Shown: positions 38,677 through 48,554 of the stretch, piece by piece
Layout: each line of letters starts with the position of its first letter
Numbering within the stretch: position 1 is the stretch's first letter
Assembly (NCBI GenBank): GCA_964631685.1
Contig: CAZVZU010000001.1
Coordinates: 32,001 to 96,000, forward strand
Direction: 5' to 3'
Source: an uncultured Actinomycetes bacterium
GTDB taxonomy: Bacteria > SZUA-79 > Acidulodesulfobacterales > Acidulodesulfobacteraceae
Length of the DNA: 64,000 nucleotides
The notes under the pieces: model-generated
What the model was told of the DNA's origin: nothing
The model's input: the letters and a program-made list of their open reading frames with translations, nothing else
Databases searched by the model: none
Translations under genes and position numbers: made by a program

Positions 38677-40278
38677 TTATGCTTCTCTACCCGTTTCTTT
38701 TAGTAAGTTTTTAACATAATTTGCTGCGGCGTCAGGATCAGATTTAACAATACCGGCCGCGGTATCTTTTATATTGGGTTTAGGCTGCTCAGTGGATTGT
38801 TCTTTTATTTGAGCCAATGTTTCAAGTTTATCAGTATTCATATGCCCTCCTTCAGGACTTGGTTTATAAGAGGTGATATACTTCATTATCGGTCTTAAAA
38901 CCAGTAATATTAGGAGTATAATGCTGAACAGAATGACAATGTATTTTATTAGCTCCGCCATATTGGATTTGATAATTGATAAAAGCGTTGTTTTAGGTGG
39001 AGGGGTTATCGCATAGTGTATTTTTTCAAACGGAATATTTGCAACTACGACCTTATCGTTTGCAGCTTTAGAGTATCCTATTGCTGTTTGGACTATGCTT
39101 TTAAATAAACTCATCTCGCTTGAAGAGCGGGGCACATATGTTTCTGATATTTTACCATTGGGTGATGTTATTTTCTTAAATGTTCCATTTACAAGAACTG
39201 AGGCATAAATCCTTTTTATTGCTCCCGCAGGATATGATATACTTTCTACTTGTTTAGAAACATCATAATTAGTTGTCTGCTTTTTTATTGTATGGACGCT
39301 TGGTTTTGCAACAGATATAGGCGTTTTTCCTGGTGGTAAATTAGATGTTGATCCAGGAATTCCATATGGTTGTATGGCGCCGGTTGATGAAGAATTGGAA
39401 GTTTGTTGCGAAACTATGGCCGTAGTATTTGGATTATAGGTCAATGTTGACACAGTTTTTTTTGAAAAATCCACTTTTACATAGACCTTAGTGTTAATGT
39501 TGCCGGCTCCAACGACGGGTATCAACATTGAATTTATTTTATGTTCAATATTTTGTTCTATTTCGCGGACATAGGTTAACTGATTTGCGGTGTATGCAAG
39601 TGTTGATTTAGTAGCAATAGATAAAATTTGTCCACTCGTATCGACTATCGTAACATTTTTGGGTTTTAATCCTTCAACCGCGCTAGATACTAAATGTATT
39701 ATGCCACTTACTTGCATTTTGTTTAAATGCATACCCTGCTTTAATTTTACGATAACAGATGCTTTAGCCGGAACTCTTCTAGTGATGAATATCGATCGTC
39801 GTGGCAAAACTATGAGTACTCTAGAATATTGAACCTGATTCAGTTCATTTATCGTTCTTTCAAGCTCGCCCTGGAGCGCTCTTTGATAGTCCACGTGTTG
39901 AATAAAATCCGTCATGCCTATTTGAACCTTGTCGAATATGGAAAATCCTACACCCGCCTGATGCGGTAGCCCAACCGAAGCTAAGTTAAGCCGAGTCTCA
40001 TAGACCTTGTTTTTAGGAATCAATATCGTTTTTCCCTGGTTAGAAAGCTTGTATGGAATAGAATAAGAGTGAAGCTTGTTAATTACGCTGGAAGCGCTGG
40101 ACGGATTTAAATTTGAATACAAGATGCCGTAATTGGGGGTTGCAATATAGACAGCCATAAAGTAGACTGCACCAACAACGGCCAAAATAACAAGCGTAAA
40201 CACAATCTTCCTTTCAACCGATAGATCGGCATAAAACTTTCCTAATTGAGAACCAAAATCTTTTAATGTGTCAGCCAT
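38677..40278 (-). CDS. fliF: Flagellar MS-ring protein FliF
   Basis: Two TM helices, GFSIFD, YQRALQGELERTI, ASVIV, LVSSAVEGL...VTIVD. Confidence 0.95.
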   Translation of the reverse strand: MADTLKDFGSQLGKFYADLSVERKIVFTLVILAVVGAVYFMAVYIATPNYGILYSNLNPSSASSVINKLHSYSIPYKLSNQGKTILIPKNKVYETRLNLASVGLPHQAGVGFSIFDKVQIGMTDFIQHVDYQRALQGELERTINELNQVQYSRVLIVLPRRSIFITRRVPAKASVIVKLKQGMHLNKMQVSGIIHLVSSAVEGLKPKNVTIVDTSGQILSIATKSTLAYTANQLTYVREIEQNIEHKINSMLIPVVGAGNINTKVYVKVDFSKKTVSTLTYNPNTTAIVSQQTSNSSSTGAIQPYGIPGSTSNLPPGKTPISVAKPSVHTIKKQTTNYDVSKQVESISYPAGAIKRIYASVLVNGTFKKITSPNGKISETYVPRSSSEMSLFKSIVQTAIGYSKAANDKVVVANIPFEKIHYAITPPPKTTLLSIIKSNMAELIKYIVILFSIILLILLVLRPIMKYITSYKPSPEGGHMNTDKLETLAQIKEQSTEQPKPNIKDTAAGIVKSDPDAAANYVKNLLKETGREA

Positions 40279-40386
40279 TTAATTTATAATGTTACATCCC
40301 CTGTTAATTCGTTATTTCGAAAGGAACAAGAATATTATCCTCTTTTTTGAGGCACTGTGCCGTTAAATTTCTACCGGCAAACGTAA

Positions 40387-40728
40387 TTAAATCTGCATAT
40401 TGATAATCTGGTTGTATGCTGTCACAATCTTATTTCTAACTTGCATCATTAACTCAAAGGAGTTGTTAGCTTTTTCCATATCTATCATTGCCTGATGAAT
40501 ATTAGAGGACTTGCCGGTTGCAATGGCTTCCGCCTGATTATTTGCGTCGACCTGAAGATTATTCACTTTGTCAATATAATTTGAGAGTACATTTGCAAAA
40601 GAATTATTGCCGTCAGAACCAAGGGTCTTATCTGCTCCGTTTGATATATCATTAGGCTTAAGTTCCTTGTTGAGTTCTTTAATGATACCTGAATTAAGAT
40701 TATTTACATCAGTTATAATTGCGGACAT
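40387..40728 (-). CDS. fliE: Flagellar hook-basal body protein FliE
   Basis: SFANVL...VNNLQ...QVRNKIVTAYNQIINMQI. Confidence 0.94.
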   Translation of the reverse strand: MSAIITDVNNLNSGIIKELNKELKPNDISNGADKTLGSDGNNSFANVLSNYIDKVNNLQVDANNQAEAIATGKSSNIHQAMIDMEKANNSFELMMQVRNKIVTAYNQIINMQI

Positions 40729-40788
40729 AAAACACTCCCTAATAAATAAAAATTAAAAAACAATATCATATACAATCAGATCGTAATT

Positions 40789-40797
40789 ATTATACCA
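40789..40797 (-). promoter_or_regulatory. Extended -10 element upstream of fliE
   Basis: TGGTATAAT on the minus strand about 60 bp upstream of the fliE ATG. Confidence 0.4.
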
Positions 40798-40817
40798 CAA
40801 ATCTTTCTTACATACCG

Positions 40818-41210
40818 TCAAATTTTTAACGATGCTCGAGACATCGACTTTGATTCGGCTATAACCTGCGCATCGGCTTGATACGCTCTTGTAGCCGATA
40901 TCATATCTACGAGTTCTCTAATTGACGATATATTAGGAATCTTTACATATCCAGCGCTGTTTGACAACGGATTAGATGGATCATACTTCTCAGAAAACGG
41001 ATGTTTTGCATTTTCAATCTTCGCAACCTCCACACCAAAGTAATCTTTAAATTTAACCGTCTTAAATAGGGGCTCTTTTTTTATATAAGGCAATCCATTC
41101 CCTGCATTGTCGGTATTAATGTTTGCCAGATTAGACGCAATTACATTCATTCTAATCCTTTCGGCGTTAAGCCCTTGAGCAGCGATACTTAAAGAATCAT
41201 TAAAACCCAT
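40818..41210 (-). CDS. flgC: Flagellar basal-body rod protein FlgC
   Basis: GLNAERIRMNVIASNLAN, YDPSNP, GYVKIPN, DMISATRAYQA; ATG 41210 preferred to TTG 41222. Confidence 0.94.
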   Translation of the reverse strand: MGFNDSLSIAAQGLNAERIRMNVIASNLANINTDNAGNGLPYIKKEPLFKTVKFKDYFGVEVAKIENAKHPFSEKYDPSNPLSNSAGYVKIPNISSIRELVDMISATRAYQADAQVIAESKSMSRASLKI

Positions 41211-41254
41211 AATTTCACCCAATTTATTTTATTATTAATTCCGCTCTTTTTTGA

Positions 41255-41680
41255 TTAAGAGTTAGTCTGAGTTATTGCATAATGCAATAGTGCAAACTTT
41301 TTTGATAAGAGAACTGCCACGGCTTTAAACCTAATGGCATTTGAAGTCATATTCGTCATCTCTTTGCTTAGATCTACGGTATTTCCATCCAATGTAGGAA
41401 CAGTTTTAATCGTTTGATTATGAATAAAAGACTTTATAAATCCATAATCGTTGCGCGTAGCATCATAACTGTTTTTGTATGATAAATCTTTCGTGGAATC
41501 ACTCGTCATAGACACTGATGATCCTGATGACACCAAATCGTCCATCACATCTTTAAAATTCAAGACCTTAGCCTTATATCCAGGCGTGTCAATGTTAGCA
41601 ACATTCGAGGCTATTATATTCTGTCTGTCGCTCAGCACATTCAGGCTTTCGCCCAATATGTCATAAATTTTACCAAACAT
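41255..41680 (-). CDS. flgB: Flagellar basal-body rod protein FlgB
   Basis: RQNIIASNVANIDTPGYKA, DGNTVD. Confidence 0.95.
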   Translation of the reverse strand: MFGKIYDILGESLNVLSDRQNIIASNVANIDTPGYKAKVLNFKDVMDDLVSSGSSVSMTSDSTKDLSYKNSYDATRNDYGFIKSFIHNQTIKTVPTLDGNTVDLSKEMTNMTSNAIRFKAVAVLLSKKFALLHYAITQTNS

Positions 41681-41729
41681 GACTTATCGCTCCTCTTTTT
41701 TGTAAGTACTAAATTAATAATAGTATAAG

Positions 41730-41745
41730 TGCAATTTTTATGCCA
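41730..41745 (-). promoter_or_regulatory. Sigma54 (-24/-12) promoter of flgB operon
   Basis: Minus strand TGGCATAAAAATTGCA (GG-N10-GC), 50 bp upstream of the flgB ATG. Confidence 0.85.
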
Positions 41746-42916
41746 AAGATGGTAAAAATACGCTTATTTTAGCGCCTCCAGTTTGAGGGGAATTTTCGGC
41801 ATTAATGTAGCCTCCATGAATTATGACATTATTTAACGCGATAGATAGCCCTAAGCCTGTACCCCCGCTTTTTTTGGTCGAAAAAAAAGGGTTAAAGATA
41901 TTTTGTATCACGTCTTTTGAAAATCCTGTTCCGTTATCTATAAAGTCTATGCAGATATAACCTTTTCCGCCGTTTTTTGCATTTCCGCTGACAAGCCGCG
42001 AAATGATTTTTATTACCCCTTCATCTTTAGGAACGGCGTAGGCAGCATTGATCAATATATTCAAGAATGCTCTGCTCAACAAGTTTTCGTCAGCATCAAC
42101 AATTAAGTCATCTTTTATTTTTTTGATAATTTTAATATTTTTTTGTTTCACTAGATGTGATGCAAAGATAATAGATTTGTCGATAATTTCTAGCAAATCA
42201 TGCTGCGTGGCGTTGGGGTTTAATGTTTTAGAAAATTCTAATATATTTGTTATGACTGTGTTCATATTTTTGACGGCGGATGTAATGTTGAAAATAATTT
42301 CTTTATGACCGCTGTTTTTTAACTCCTTTTGTAATATAGAGGCAAACAAATCAATAGAACCGAGCGGATTTCTTATCTCATGAGCAATTTTTGCGGACAT
42401 TTCACCTAATTCCGCCAGTCTTTTAAACTTTTTTATTTCTTCTATATTCTGAAAGATAAAAATTCTTCCGGAATATTTTTTGTTATTTCCGTAGATGGCC
42501 TTCGTGTATAAAAACACATGGATATATTTTTCGGGCCCTATCTGCATTATTTTTTCTATTGGATTAAAAATAGGTTTTATAAAGTCCGTTGTTTTAGAGT
42601 TACCAAAAAAAATATTTATAAAATTTTCGATATCATTACTTAGGTAGTTTACCAGATTGTACTCTGGCATAAGCTCTGTTAAAAATTTGTTGATAAATTT
42701 AATCCTGTTTTTTTTATCAGTAATAATTATTCCGAGGGGTAGGCTCTCTAGGACGGTATTAAGATTTTCTTTTAAATCCTTAACTTCTTCCTCTAGGTTC
42801 TTGTATTGTTCCGAAAGCTTTTTAGATGCTATTTCGAATGATTTAAATGCTGCTTTCAACTCGTTTTTGTCAGAAAACGAGTTAGTAGCATCGGTAATCT
42901 TAATATCCCTATTCAT
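41738..42916 (-). CDS. Cytoplasmic PAS sensor histidine kinase, FleS/FlrB-like
   Basis: Coiled coil, PAS-like LESLPLGIIITD, H-box AHEIRNPL, NILINA, DNGTG, FNPFFSTK, GTGLGL; no TM; ATG 42916 preferred to GTG 42934. Confidence 0.9.
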   Translation of the reverse strand: MNRDIKITDATNSFSDKNELKAAFKSFEIASKKLSEQYKNLEEEVKDLKENLNTVLESLPLGIIITDKKNRIKFINKFLTELMPEYNLVNYLSNDIENFINIFFGNSKTTDFIKPIFNPIEKIMQIGPEKYIHVFLYTKAIYGNNKKYSGRIFIFQNIEEIKKFKRLAELGEMSAKIAHEIRNPLGSIDLFASILQKELKNSGHKEIIFNITSAVKNMNTVITNILEFSKTLNPNATQHDLLEIIDKSIIFASHLVKQKNIKIIKKIKDDLIVDADENLLSRAFLNILINAAYAVPKDEGVIKIISRLVSGNAKNGGKGYICIDFIDNGTGFSKDVIQNIFNPFFSTKKSGGTGLGLSIALNNVIIHGGYINAENSPQTGGAKISVFLPSLA

Positions 42917-42924
42917 AACATAAA

Positions 42925-42955
42925 ATTCTATCACAAAAATGAAAAATGGTATAAT
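42925..42955. promoter_or_regulatory. Back-to-back extended -10 elements for the divergent kinase and response regulator
   Basis: TGaTAGAAT on minus (42933-42925) and TGgTATAAT on plus (42947-42955). Confidence 0.45.
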
Positions 42956-43011
42956 AAAATTCTGTTTTTATTATTTGTACTAATATCACATTCAGGGGGA
43001 GATACGAAGGA

Positions 43012-44451
43012 ATGTCGCAGGATAAAATATTAATAGTGGACGACGACACGCACATGCGTTCGGCATTAAATTTAAGTTTAAGAAAGATCAATAAAGAAGG
43101 AAAAATATTTTCATCTGCCGAAGACGCCTTGAGTTTCATAATGTTATCTGCCAAGGTGGATAAGAAACAACCTTTTTTTCTCATTATCAGTGATTTAAAT
43201 CTTCCAGGTATTGACGGAATAGCCTTTTTGCAAGAGATAAAAAAAATAGAAAATTATAAAAATATTCCATTTATTATCATTACCGCGTATGGGACGATAG
43301 AGAGCGCTGTCTCGGCTATGAAATTAGGGGCAACCGATTACCTTTTGAAGCCATTTAATATAACGGATTTAGAAAGGGTAATTAAAAATGCGGAAAAAAT
43401 TTCCCGATTTATGACCAGGGAAATTAAGAATACGGAAATATTGACCGACAGTAAGGATAAAACAACTCTTATTTACGGGTCGGACAAAATGAAGCAAATA
43501 GATTCCTTTATAAATGTAACAGCGGCAACGGATGCTACGGTTTTAATAACAGGGGAATCAGGAACCGGTAAGGAAGTTGTGGCAAGAAGAATTCATGAAC
43601 TCAGTAAAAGAAAGGGAAAATTTATCGGTGTAAATTGCTCAGCTATTGTACCTACTCTTTTAGAGAGCGAGTTATTTGGATATGAGAAGGGCGCTTTTAC
43701 TGGCGCAACAACCAAAAAAATAGGGAAATTTGAACTCGCACATAACGGAACTATACTACTCGATGAAATAGCCGACATGGATAAGAATCTTCAGTCAAAA
43801 ATACTAAGGACACTGCAAGAAAGGGTTATAGATAGGGTTGGCGGAGATGAACCGGTGAGCGTTAATGCCAGGGTTATAGCGGCGACAAATAGGGATATTG
43901 AAAAAATGATATCCAAGGGAACCTTTAGGGATGACCTTTTTTATAGAATAAATGTACTTCCAATACACTTGCTACCTTTAAGAGAAAGAAAAGAGGATAT
44001 CTTGCCTCTTGTAAAATATTTTATGAAAAAATATGCAAAAAAATATTTTAGAAATTGTTCCGAAATCACCCGTGATGCCATAGATTATCTAATCTCTTTA
44101 AACTACCCCGGAAACATCAGGGAGCTTGAAAATATAACAGAAAGAGCCGTAATTTTATCTCAAAATAGTGAATTCCTAGATGTTATTGATTTTACTAGGC
44201 TTGACGGTGGTATAAATGCTCCCTTAAACATTTTTCACGACGAGTCAATGCTTTCGGAAAATCGCGTTGTAACCGATAGTTCAGTGGAGAGCGAAATGAA
44301 AATATTGAATATTAAAGATATGGAAGAGAAATTGATTGCCGCCGCCCTGAAAGATACAAACGGAAATAGAACAAAAGCTGCAGAAAAATTAGGCATTACC
44401 GCAAGAACGCTAAGGAATAAATTAAAAGAATTTACTATAAAAGATTATTAA
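43012..44451 (+). CDS. Sigma54-dependent response regulator, FleR/FlrC-like
   Basis: Receiver ILIVDDD / ISDLNLPG / ITAYG / LLKPF, AAA+ GESGTGKE and GAFTGA, HTH GNRTKAAEKLGITARTLRNKL. Confidence 0.92.
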   Translation: MSQDKILIVDDDTHMRSALNLSLRKINKEGKIFSSAEDALSFIMLSAKVDKKQPFFLIISDLNLPGIDGIAFLQEIKKIENYKNIPFIIITAYGTIESAVSAMKLGATDYLLKPFNITDLERVIKNAEKISRFMTREIKNTEILTDSKDKTTLIYGSDKMKQIDSFINVTAATDATVLITGESGTGKEVVARRIHELSKRKGKFIGVNCSAIVPTLLESELFGYEKGAFTGATTKKIGKFELAHNGTILLDEIADMDKNLQSKILRTLQERVIDRVGGDEPVSVNARVIAATNRDIEKMISKGTFRDDLFYRINVLPIHLLPLRERKEDILPLVKYFMKKYAKKYFRNCSEITRDAIDYLISLNYPGNIRELENITERAVILSQNSEFLDVIDFTRLDGGINAPLNIFHDESMLSENRVVTDSSVESEMKILNIKDMEEKLIAAALKDTNGNRTKAAEKLGITARTLRNKLKEFTIKDY

Positions 44452-44484
44452 TAGATTATAGCTATCTGCATACTTATAAAATTT

Positions 44485-44500
44485 TGGCATGGTACTTGCG
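44485..44500 (+). promoter_or_regulatory. Sigma54 (-24/-12) promoter of flgD operon
   Basis: TGGCATGGTACTTGCG (GG-N10-GC), about 100 bp upstream of flgD. Confidence 0.82.
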
Positions 44501-44600
44501 AGTGTATATACAAAGTTGTTTTGAGGCGGAAAAAATTTCCTAATTTTTATTTTTTGAAGCCTTTAAGATTGCAAAGATGAATATAACAGGGAGGCAAGAT

Positions 44601-45290
44601 ATGTCCGTAAGTCAACTTTTTAACCAGGTGGCTTCTGTGGCTAAGACTGTAGTTGGCGTGGCTAAGACTGCAGTTTCTGTCGGTTCAAGTAGCCTGATAA
44701 GTGAGAATACATTTATGAAGCTGATGGTCCAGGAGCTTCAAAATCAAAATCCATTGGAACCGATGTCTAATGCAAATTTTATTGCCGAGCTTGCTCAGTT
44801 TAATTCTATGAATCAGTTGACGTCCATGGGGTCTACGCTTAAAAATCTTGTATCTTCCCAAAATCAGGCGGCTCTGGGCAATGCAGTAAATCTTATTGGT
44901 AAGTCGGTCCAAGCAAGTGGTAACTCTTTTGGATTTACCGATGGAGGTAGTGCATCTTTGAAATATTCTTTGCCGCAAAATGCTACTTCTGTGCTGGTAG
45001 ATGTCTATAATGGTTCCGGAAATCTTATTTATAACACAAGATTAGATCACCAATATGCGGGAGGGCAATCATTTAATTGGGACGGGCTTACGAATAGTGG
45101 CGCATCTGCGCCGACAGGGAAGTATTCCTTTTCGGTTAGTGCGACGGATGCATCCGGTCATCCCATTACCGTGGCTACTTATTCCAATGCTACCGTTAAG
45201 GCGCTGACCACGGCACATAACGGTTCTGTGGGGCTTGAACTAAGCAACGGTTCGACTGTTCCGCTCTCTAGTGTGACCAATGTTTATTAG
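44601..45290 (+). CDS. flgD: Flagellar hook capping protein FlgD
   Basis: FMKLMVQELQNQNPLEPM...AELAQF, LIGKSV, FNWDG; ATG 44601 follows GGAGG. Confidence 0.93.
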   Translation: MSVSQLFNQVASVAKTVVGVAKTAVSVGSSSLISENTFMKLMVQELQNQNPLEPMSNANFIAELAQFNSMNQLTSMGSTLKNLVSSQNQAALGNAVNLIGKSVQASGNSFGFTDGGSASLKYSLPQNATSVLVDVYNGSGNLIYNTRLDHQYAGGQSFNWDGLTNSGASAPTGKYSFSVSATDASGHPITVATYSNATVKALTTAHNGSVGLELSNGSTVPLSSVTNVY

Positions 45291-45359
45291 ATACTTGTCG
45301 TATGTTTTATATATGCTAGGATATAAAAATAGGTTATAAATTACGGAGGGATATAAAAA

Positions 45360-47126
45360 ATGGGTGCAAATGCTCTTTTTACTGCAGTATCAGGCTTGAA
45401 TGCCAATCAAACATACCTTGGAGTTATAGGTAATAACATAGCAAATTCCAATACTATAGGCTTTAAAACCTCAGACCCGATTTTCCAGAATCTTGTAAGT
45501 CAGACATTAAGCGGTACATCGAGTTCGCAGGAGGGTCTTGGAACGAGTGTCTATTCTATTCAGCAGCAGTTTAATCAGGGTGCATTGCAGACGACATCAA
45601 ATCCCTTAAACATGGCGATTGACGGCTCAGGTTTTTTTATAGTTCAGGCGCTCAACGGTGCTACTTATTATACCAGGAATGGTCAGTTTAGCGAAAATGC
45701 AAAGGGAGAAATAGTTGATTCAACAGGGCAAAATGTTGTTCAGGGTTATTCCTTAAATGCTCAAGGGGTTGCTACATCTGGTACGCCGCAACCTATAAGC
45801 CTGACAACAGCTGCGATACCTCCGCTTGCCACGACCACAGCTACTATTACGGCAAATCTTAATTCTAATATATCGCCGCAGACCACTCCTACGACAACAA
45901 CGGGAACCTTTATGGGTGGATATCTTACTCAATCTGCTACAGTAGGCGCTAAAACTATTAATGTCAAAATGACATATGGCGGTGTTACTGGTAATGCGCC
46001 GACGTCTATACTTATAGGTAACGGTGACGGGACCACAAACTTATACACGGTTACTTCTTATACTACCGGTGGGGGAACATATACTCCGACGACTTTGCCG
46101 TCCGGTTCGGTTGTAACTTCCGTTACACTGTCATCTCCATTAACATCTTCCGTTCTTCAAAATACCGCTGTTTCGCAAAATAATCTTGGTCTTAGCAATA
46201 CAGCTGGTATATTGGCAGGTTCGGATGTTCAGATAAATACAGGTGGAACGGCTGCATCCGGAACTGTTGACCCATACCAATTTATTAATATGGTTGCAAG
46301 TGTAAATTCCAACAATACTGTAAACCTTTCAAATGCAATGCCGATTCCGTCCGGTGGTTCATTCACAGCAGGCGGTGGTGTTATTGCCGGTCCGGCAAAC
46401 GATTATTATTCTACTACCATAAATGTTTATGACTCTTTAGGGAATTCTATTCCAATGACGGTTACATTTGCTCCGTCGGCATCTACATCTGGAAATTGGA
46501 ATATTTATTATACTCTTAACGGGACTGCTGCACAGAGGCAGTCGTTAGCTTCTACGACCCCTGACGTTACTTTTAACTCTAACGGTCAGGTTACGGCGGG
46601 GACATCACAAACATTGACGGATGTTCCGGCTTATGTGGGGTTACCGACGCCTACGACTCTTCCCGATGGTGCAACAGAGCCCTTGAATGTTGCCCTAAAT
46701 CTTAATAATGTTACTCAATATGCAGCCAAGTCAGCTACGACGGCATTTATTCAAAATGGTTACTCTACAGGGACTCTTACGAGTTTTACCGTTGACAAAA
46801 GCGGAAGGGTTTCCGGGCTTTTCTCAAACGGACAGACAAAATATTTATATCAGGTAGCTTTAGCAAATTTTATAGCTCCGACAGGGCTTGTTTCTGAGGG
46901 TAATAGTCTTTACGCAGAAAGTTATGAATCCGGACAGCCTGCTATGGGCGTTGCAAACTCCGGAAATTTTGGCTACATTACTGATTCAGCATTGGAACAG
47001 TCTAATGTTAATATTTCCTCTGAATTTACGGATATGATAATCGCGCAGAATGCCTATGTAGCTAATTCTAAGGTGCTGACTACGGAAAATTCCGTGCTGA
47101 GAGCACTTGAAACCGCTATTCCATAA
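45360..47126 (+). CDS. flgE: Flagellar hook protein FlgE (long form)
   Basis: SGLNA...VIGNNIANSNTIGFK, MAIDGSGFF, YTRNGQF, VYDSLG, LEQSNV, QNAYVANSK. Confidence 0.95.
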   Translation: MGANALFTAVSGLNANQTYLGVIGNNIANSNTIGFKTSDPIFQNLVSQTLSGTSSSQEGLGTSVYSIQQQFNQGALQTTSNPLNMAIDGSGFFIVQALNGATYYTRNGQFSENAKGEIVDSTGQNVVQGYSLNAQGVATSGTPQPISLTTAAIPPLATTTATITANLNSNISPQTTPTTTTGTFMGGYLTQSATVGAKTINVKMTYGGVTGNAPTSILIGNGDGTTNLYTVTSYTTGGGTYTPTTLPSGSVVTSVTLSSPLTSSVLQNTAVSQNNLGLSNTAGILAGSDVQINTGGTAASGTVDPYQFINMVASVNSNNTVNLSNAMPIPSGGSFTAGGGVIAGPANDYYSTTINVYDSLGNSIPMTVTFAPSASTSGNWNIYYTLNGTAAQRQSLASTTPDVTFNSNGQVTAGTSQTLTDVPAYVGLPTPTTLPDGATEPLNVALNLNNVTQYAAKSATTAFIQNGYSTGTLTSFTVDKSGRVSGLFSNGQTKYLYQVALANFIAPTGLVSEGNSLYAESYESGQPAMGVANSGNFGYITDSALEQSNVNISSEFTDMIIAQNAYVANSKVLTTENSVLRALETAIP

Positions 47127-47158
47127 TTTGTTAACATACTATAAACTAATTAAATTAA

Positions 47159-48538
47159 ATGGCGATGTTAAATAATTTTTCGATGAAGTTTGTCGGCGGT
47201 AGAGCCGATGCGCATACAGGTGCTTTTCCGGCCAATAGGGTGGTGAGCCCTGATTCTGCCAGCCGGTCTTCGGCTACCGGAATAAAAAAGCATGTTTCTT
47301 CGGAATTAAAACATTCCCATGTTCACAGTGAAAATTTTAAGACTGCACTAAATCAAGCATCTAATAATGTGTCTTTACCAAAACAAAATGTAAGTTCAAA
47401 AAATAAGACGCATAAGGACAATAAGGGTGATAAAAAAAATGATGGTTTGGGTCTTGTTTTGTACGCAAATATGCATTTGCGTACAAACGAGAAACAGACC
47501 ATCATAGGCTCTTCTTCGACGAATGGTGGTAATATCTCTAAAAATGACGCCAGTGATAAAAAAGGTGTCAAGAAGAATAATCTTAAGGGAGATATGAAAA
47601 ATAAGAAGCCAGACAAACATGCAGACGATAATTTGCTGGATAAAAATACAATTAAAAATGAAATTACAGTAATAAACACGATTAAATCAAATTTACATTC
47701 CTTTTCCGAAATAGATAGCAACAAACGGTCAAAAGGTGTTTTGGTTGATCAATTGAATAAGGCTCGCATAATATCAAAACATAAAGATGTATCAGATTTG
47801 AAATCTGGCAAAGCGGTCAACAAGGGTAGTATTAAGGGTAAATCTAATCTTGTCGTTGCAATGAATTTTGCACTTCACAATTATGAAAAAAGGTCGAATT
47901 TGGCTCATTCTCACACTAAAACTGCAAACAGTTTTGCTATAACTAAAGGTATGAATTTTTTAAGTAATAGTAGTGTTTTACATTCAACTTTAGGCAATTT
48001 AAATGTAAAACACGTAGGACAGAATATCGCTAGCGGGCAAATGAGTAATTTTATTCCTGAAAACAGTGAATCGTCGGGAGCGATTACCGTAAATTCTGTT
48101 ATGTTCATGATTAAAAAAAATATTCAGTCAGCCGTTATAACGCTGAAGCCACCCTCATTAGGACATGTTAAAGTTGAAATAGCAATGGAAAATGTGACAT
48201 CTAATCTTAATGACGGTGTTAATAAAGGAAAAACAATTACAATTAATATGCTTGCTCAAAATGATGCTGCAAAGAATATACTTCAATCATCGTCGCCTAA
48301 TCTTCAAAATACATTAAAGGGGCAGGGGTTTTCCTCAGTTAATTTAAATATCAATCTAAGCTCCGGCGGAAATGATCAGGGTCGTGGCAATAACTCTGGT
48401 GTGAATAAAAATACGTTTACAAATTTTGGTGGCGGTTTGCATAACACAGATAAAGACGGTATTGTTGGTTCCTCTTCGGTTGCAAATATGCAGCGTTATA
48501 TTTATAATCCTCTCGCAATAGTGGACTATTTTGTTTAA
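47159..48538 (+). CDS. fliK: Flagellar hook-length control protein FliK
   Basis: Low-complexity K/N/S-rich N-terminal region plus C-terminal AVITLKPPSLGHVKVEI...LQNTLKGQG. Confidence 0.8.
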   Translation: MAMLNNFSMKFVGGRADAHTGAFPANRVVSPDSASRSSATGIKKHVSSELKHSHVHSENFKTALNQASNNVSLPKQNVSSKNKTHKDNKGDKKNDGLGLVLYANMHLRTNEKQTIIGSSSTNGGNISKNDASDKKGVKKNNLKGDMKNKKPDKHADDNLLDKNTIKNEITVINTIKSNLHSFSEIDSNKRSKGVLVDQLNKARIISKHKDVSDLKSGKAVNKGSIKGKSNLVVAMNFALHNYEKRSNLAHSHTKTANSFAITKGMNFLSNSSVLHSTLGNLNVKHVGQNIASGQMSNFIPENSESSGAITVNSVMFMIKKNIQSAVITLKPPSLGHVKVEIAMENVTSNLNDGVNKGKTITINMLAQNDAAKNILQSSSPNLQNTLKGQGFSSVNLNINLSSGGNDQGRGNNSGVNKNTFTNFGGGLHNTDKDGIVGSSSVANMQRYIYNPLAIVDYFV

Positions 48539-48554
48539 TAAGGTTTATTAAATT

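Noticed and set aside
40279..40386. Weak stem-loops in the fliE-fliF spacer, considered as a c-di-GMP riboswitch
   Set aside because: No GEMM-type conserved motifs or convincing two-hairpin architecture visible
40783..40797. Sigma54-like TGGTATAATAATTAC before fliE
   Set aside because: The -12 GC is replaced by AC; better explained as an extended -10
44637..44670. Direct repeat GTGGCTAAGACTG x2 (21-bp period) in flgD
   Set aside because: Two-copy in-frame duplication (VAKT) in the variable FlgD N-terminus
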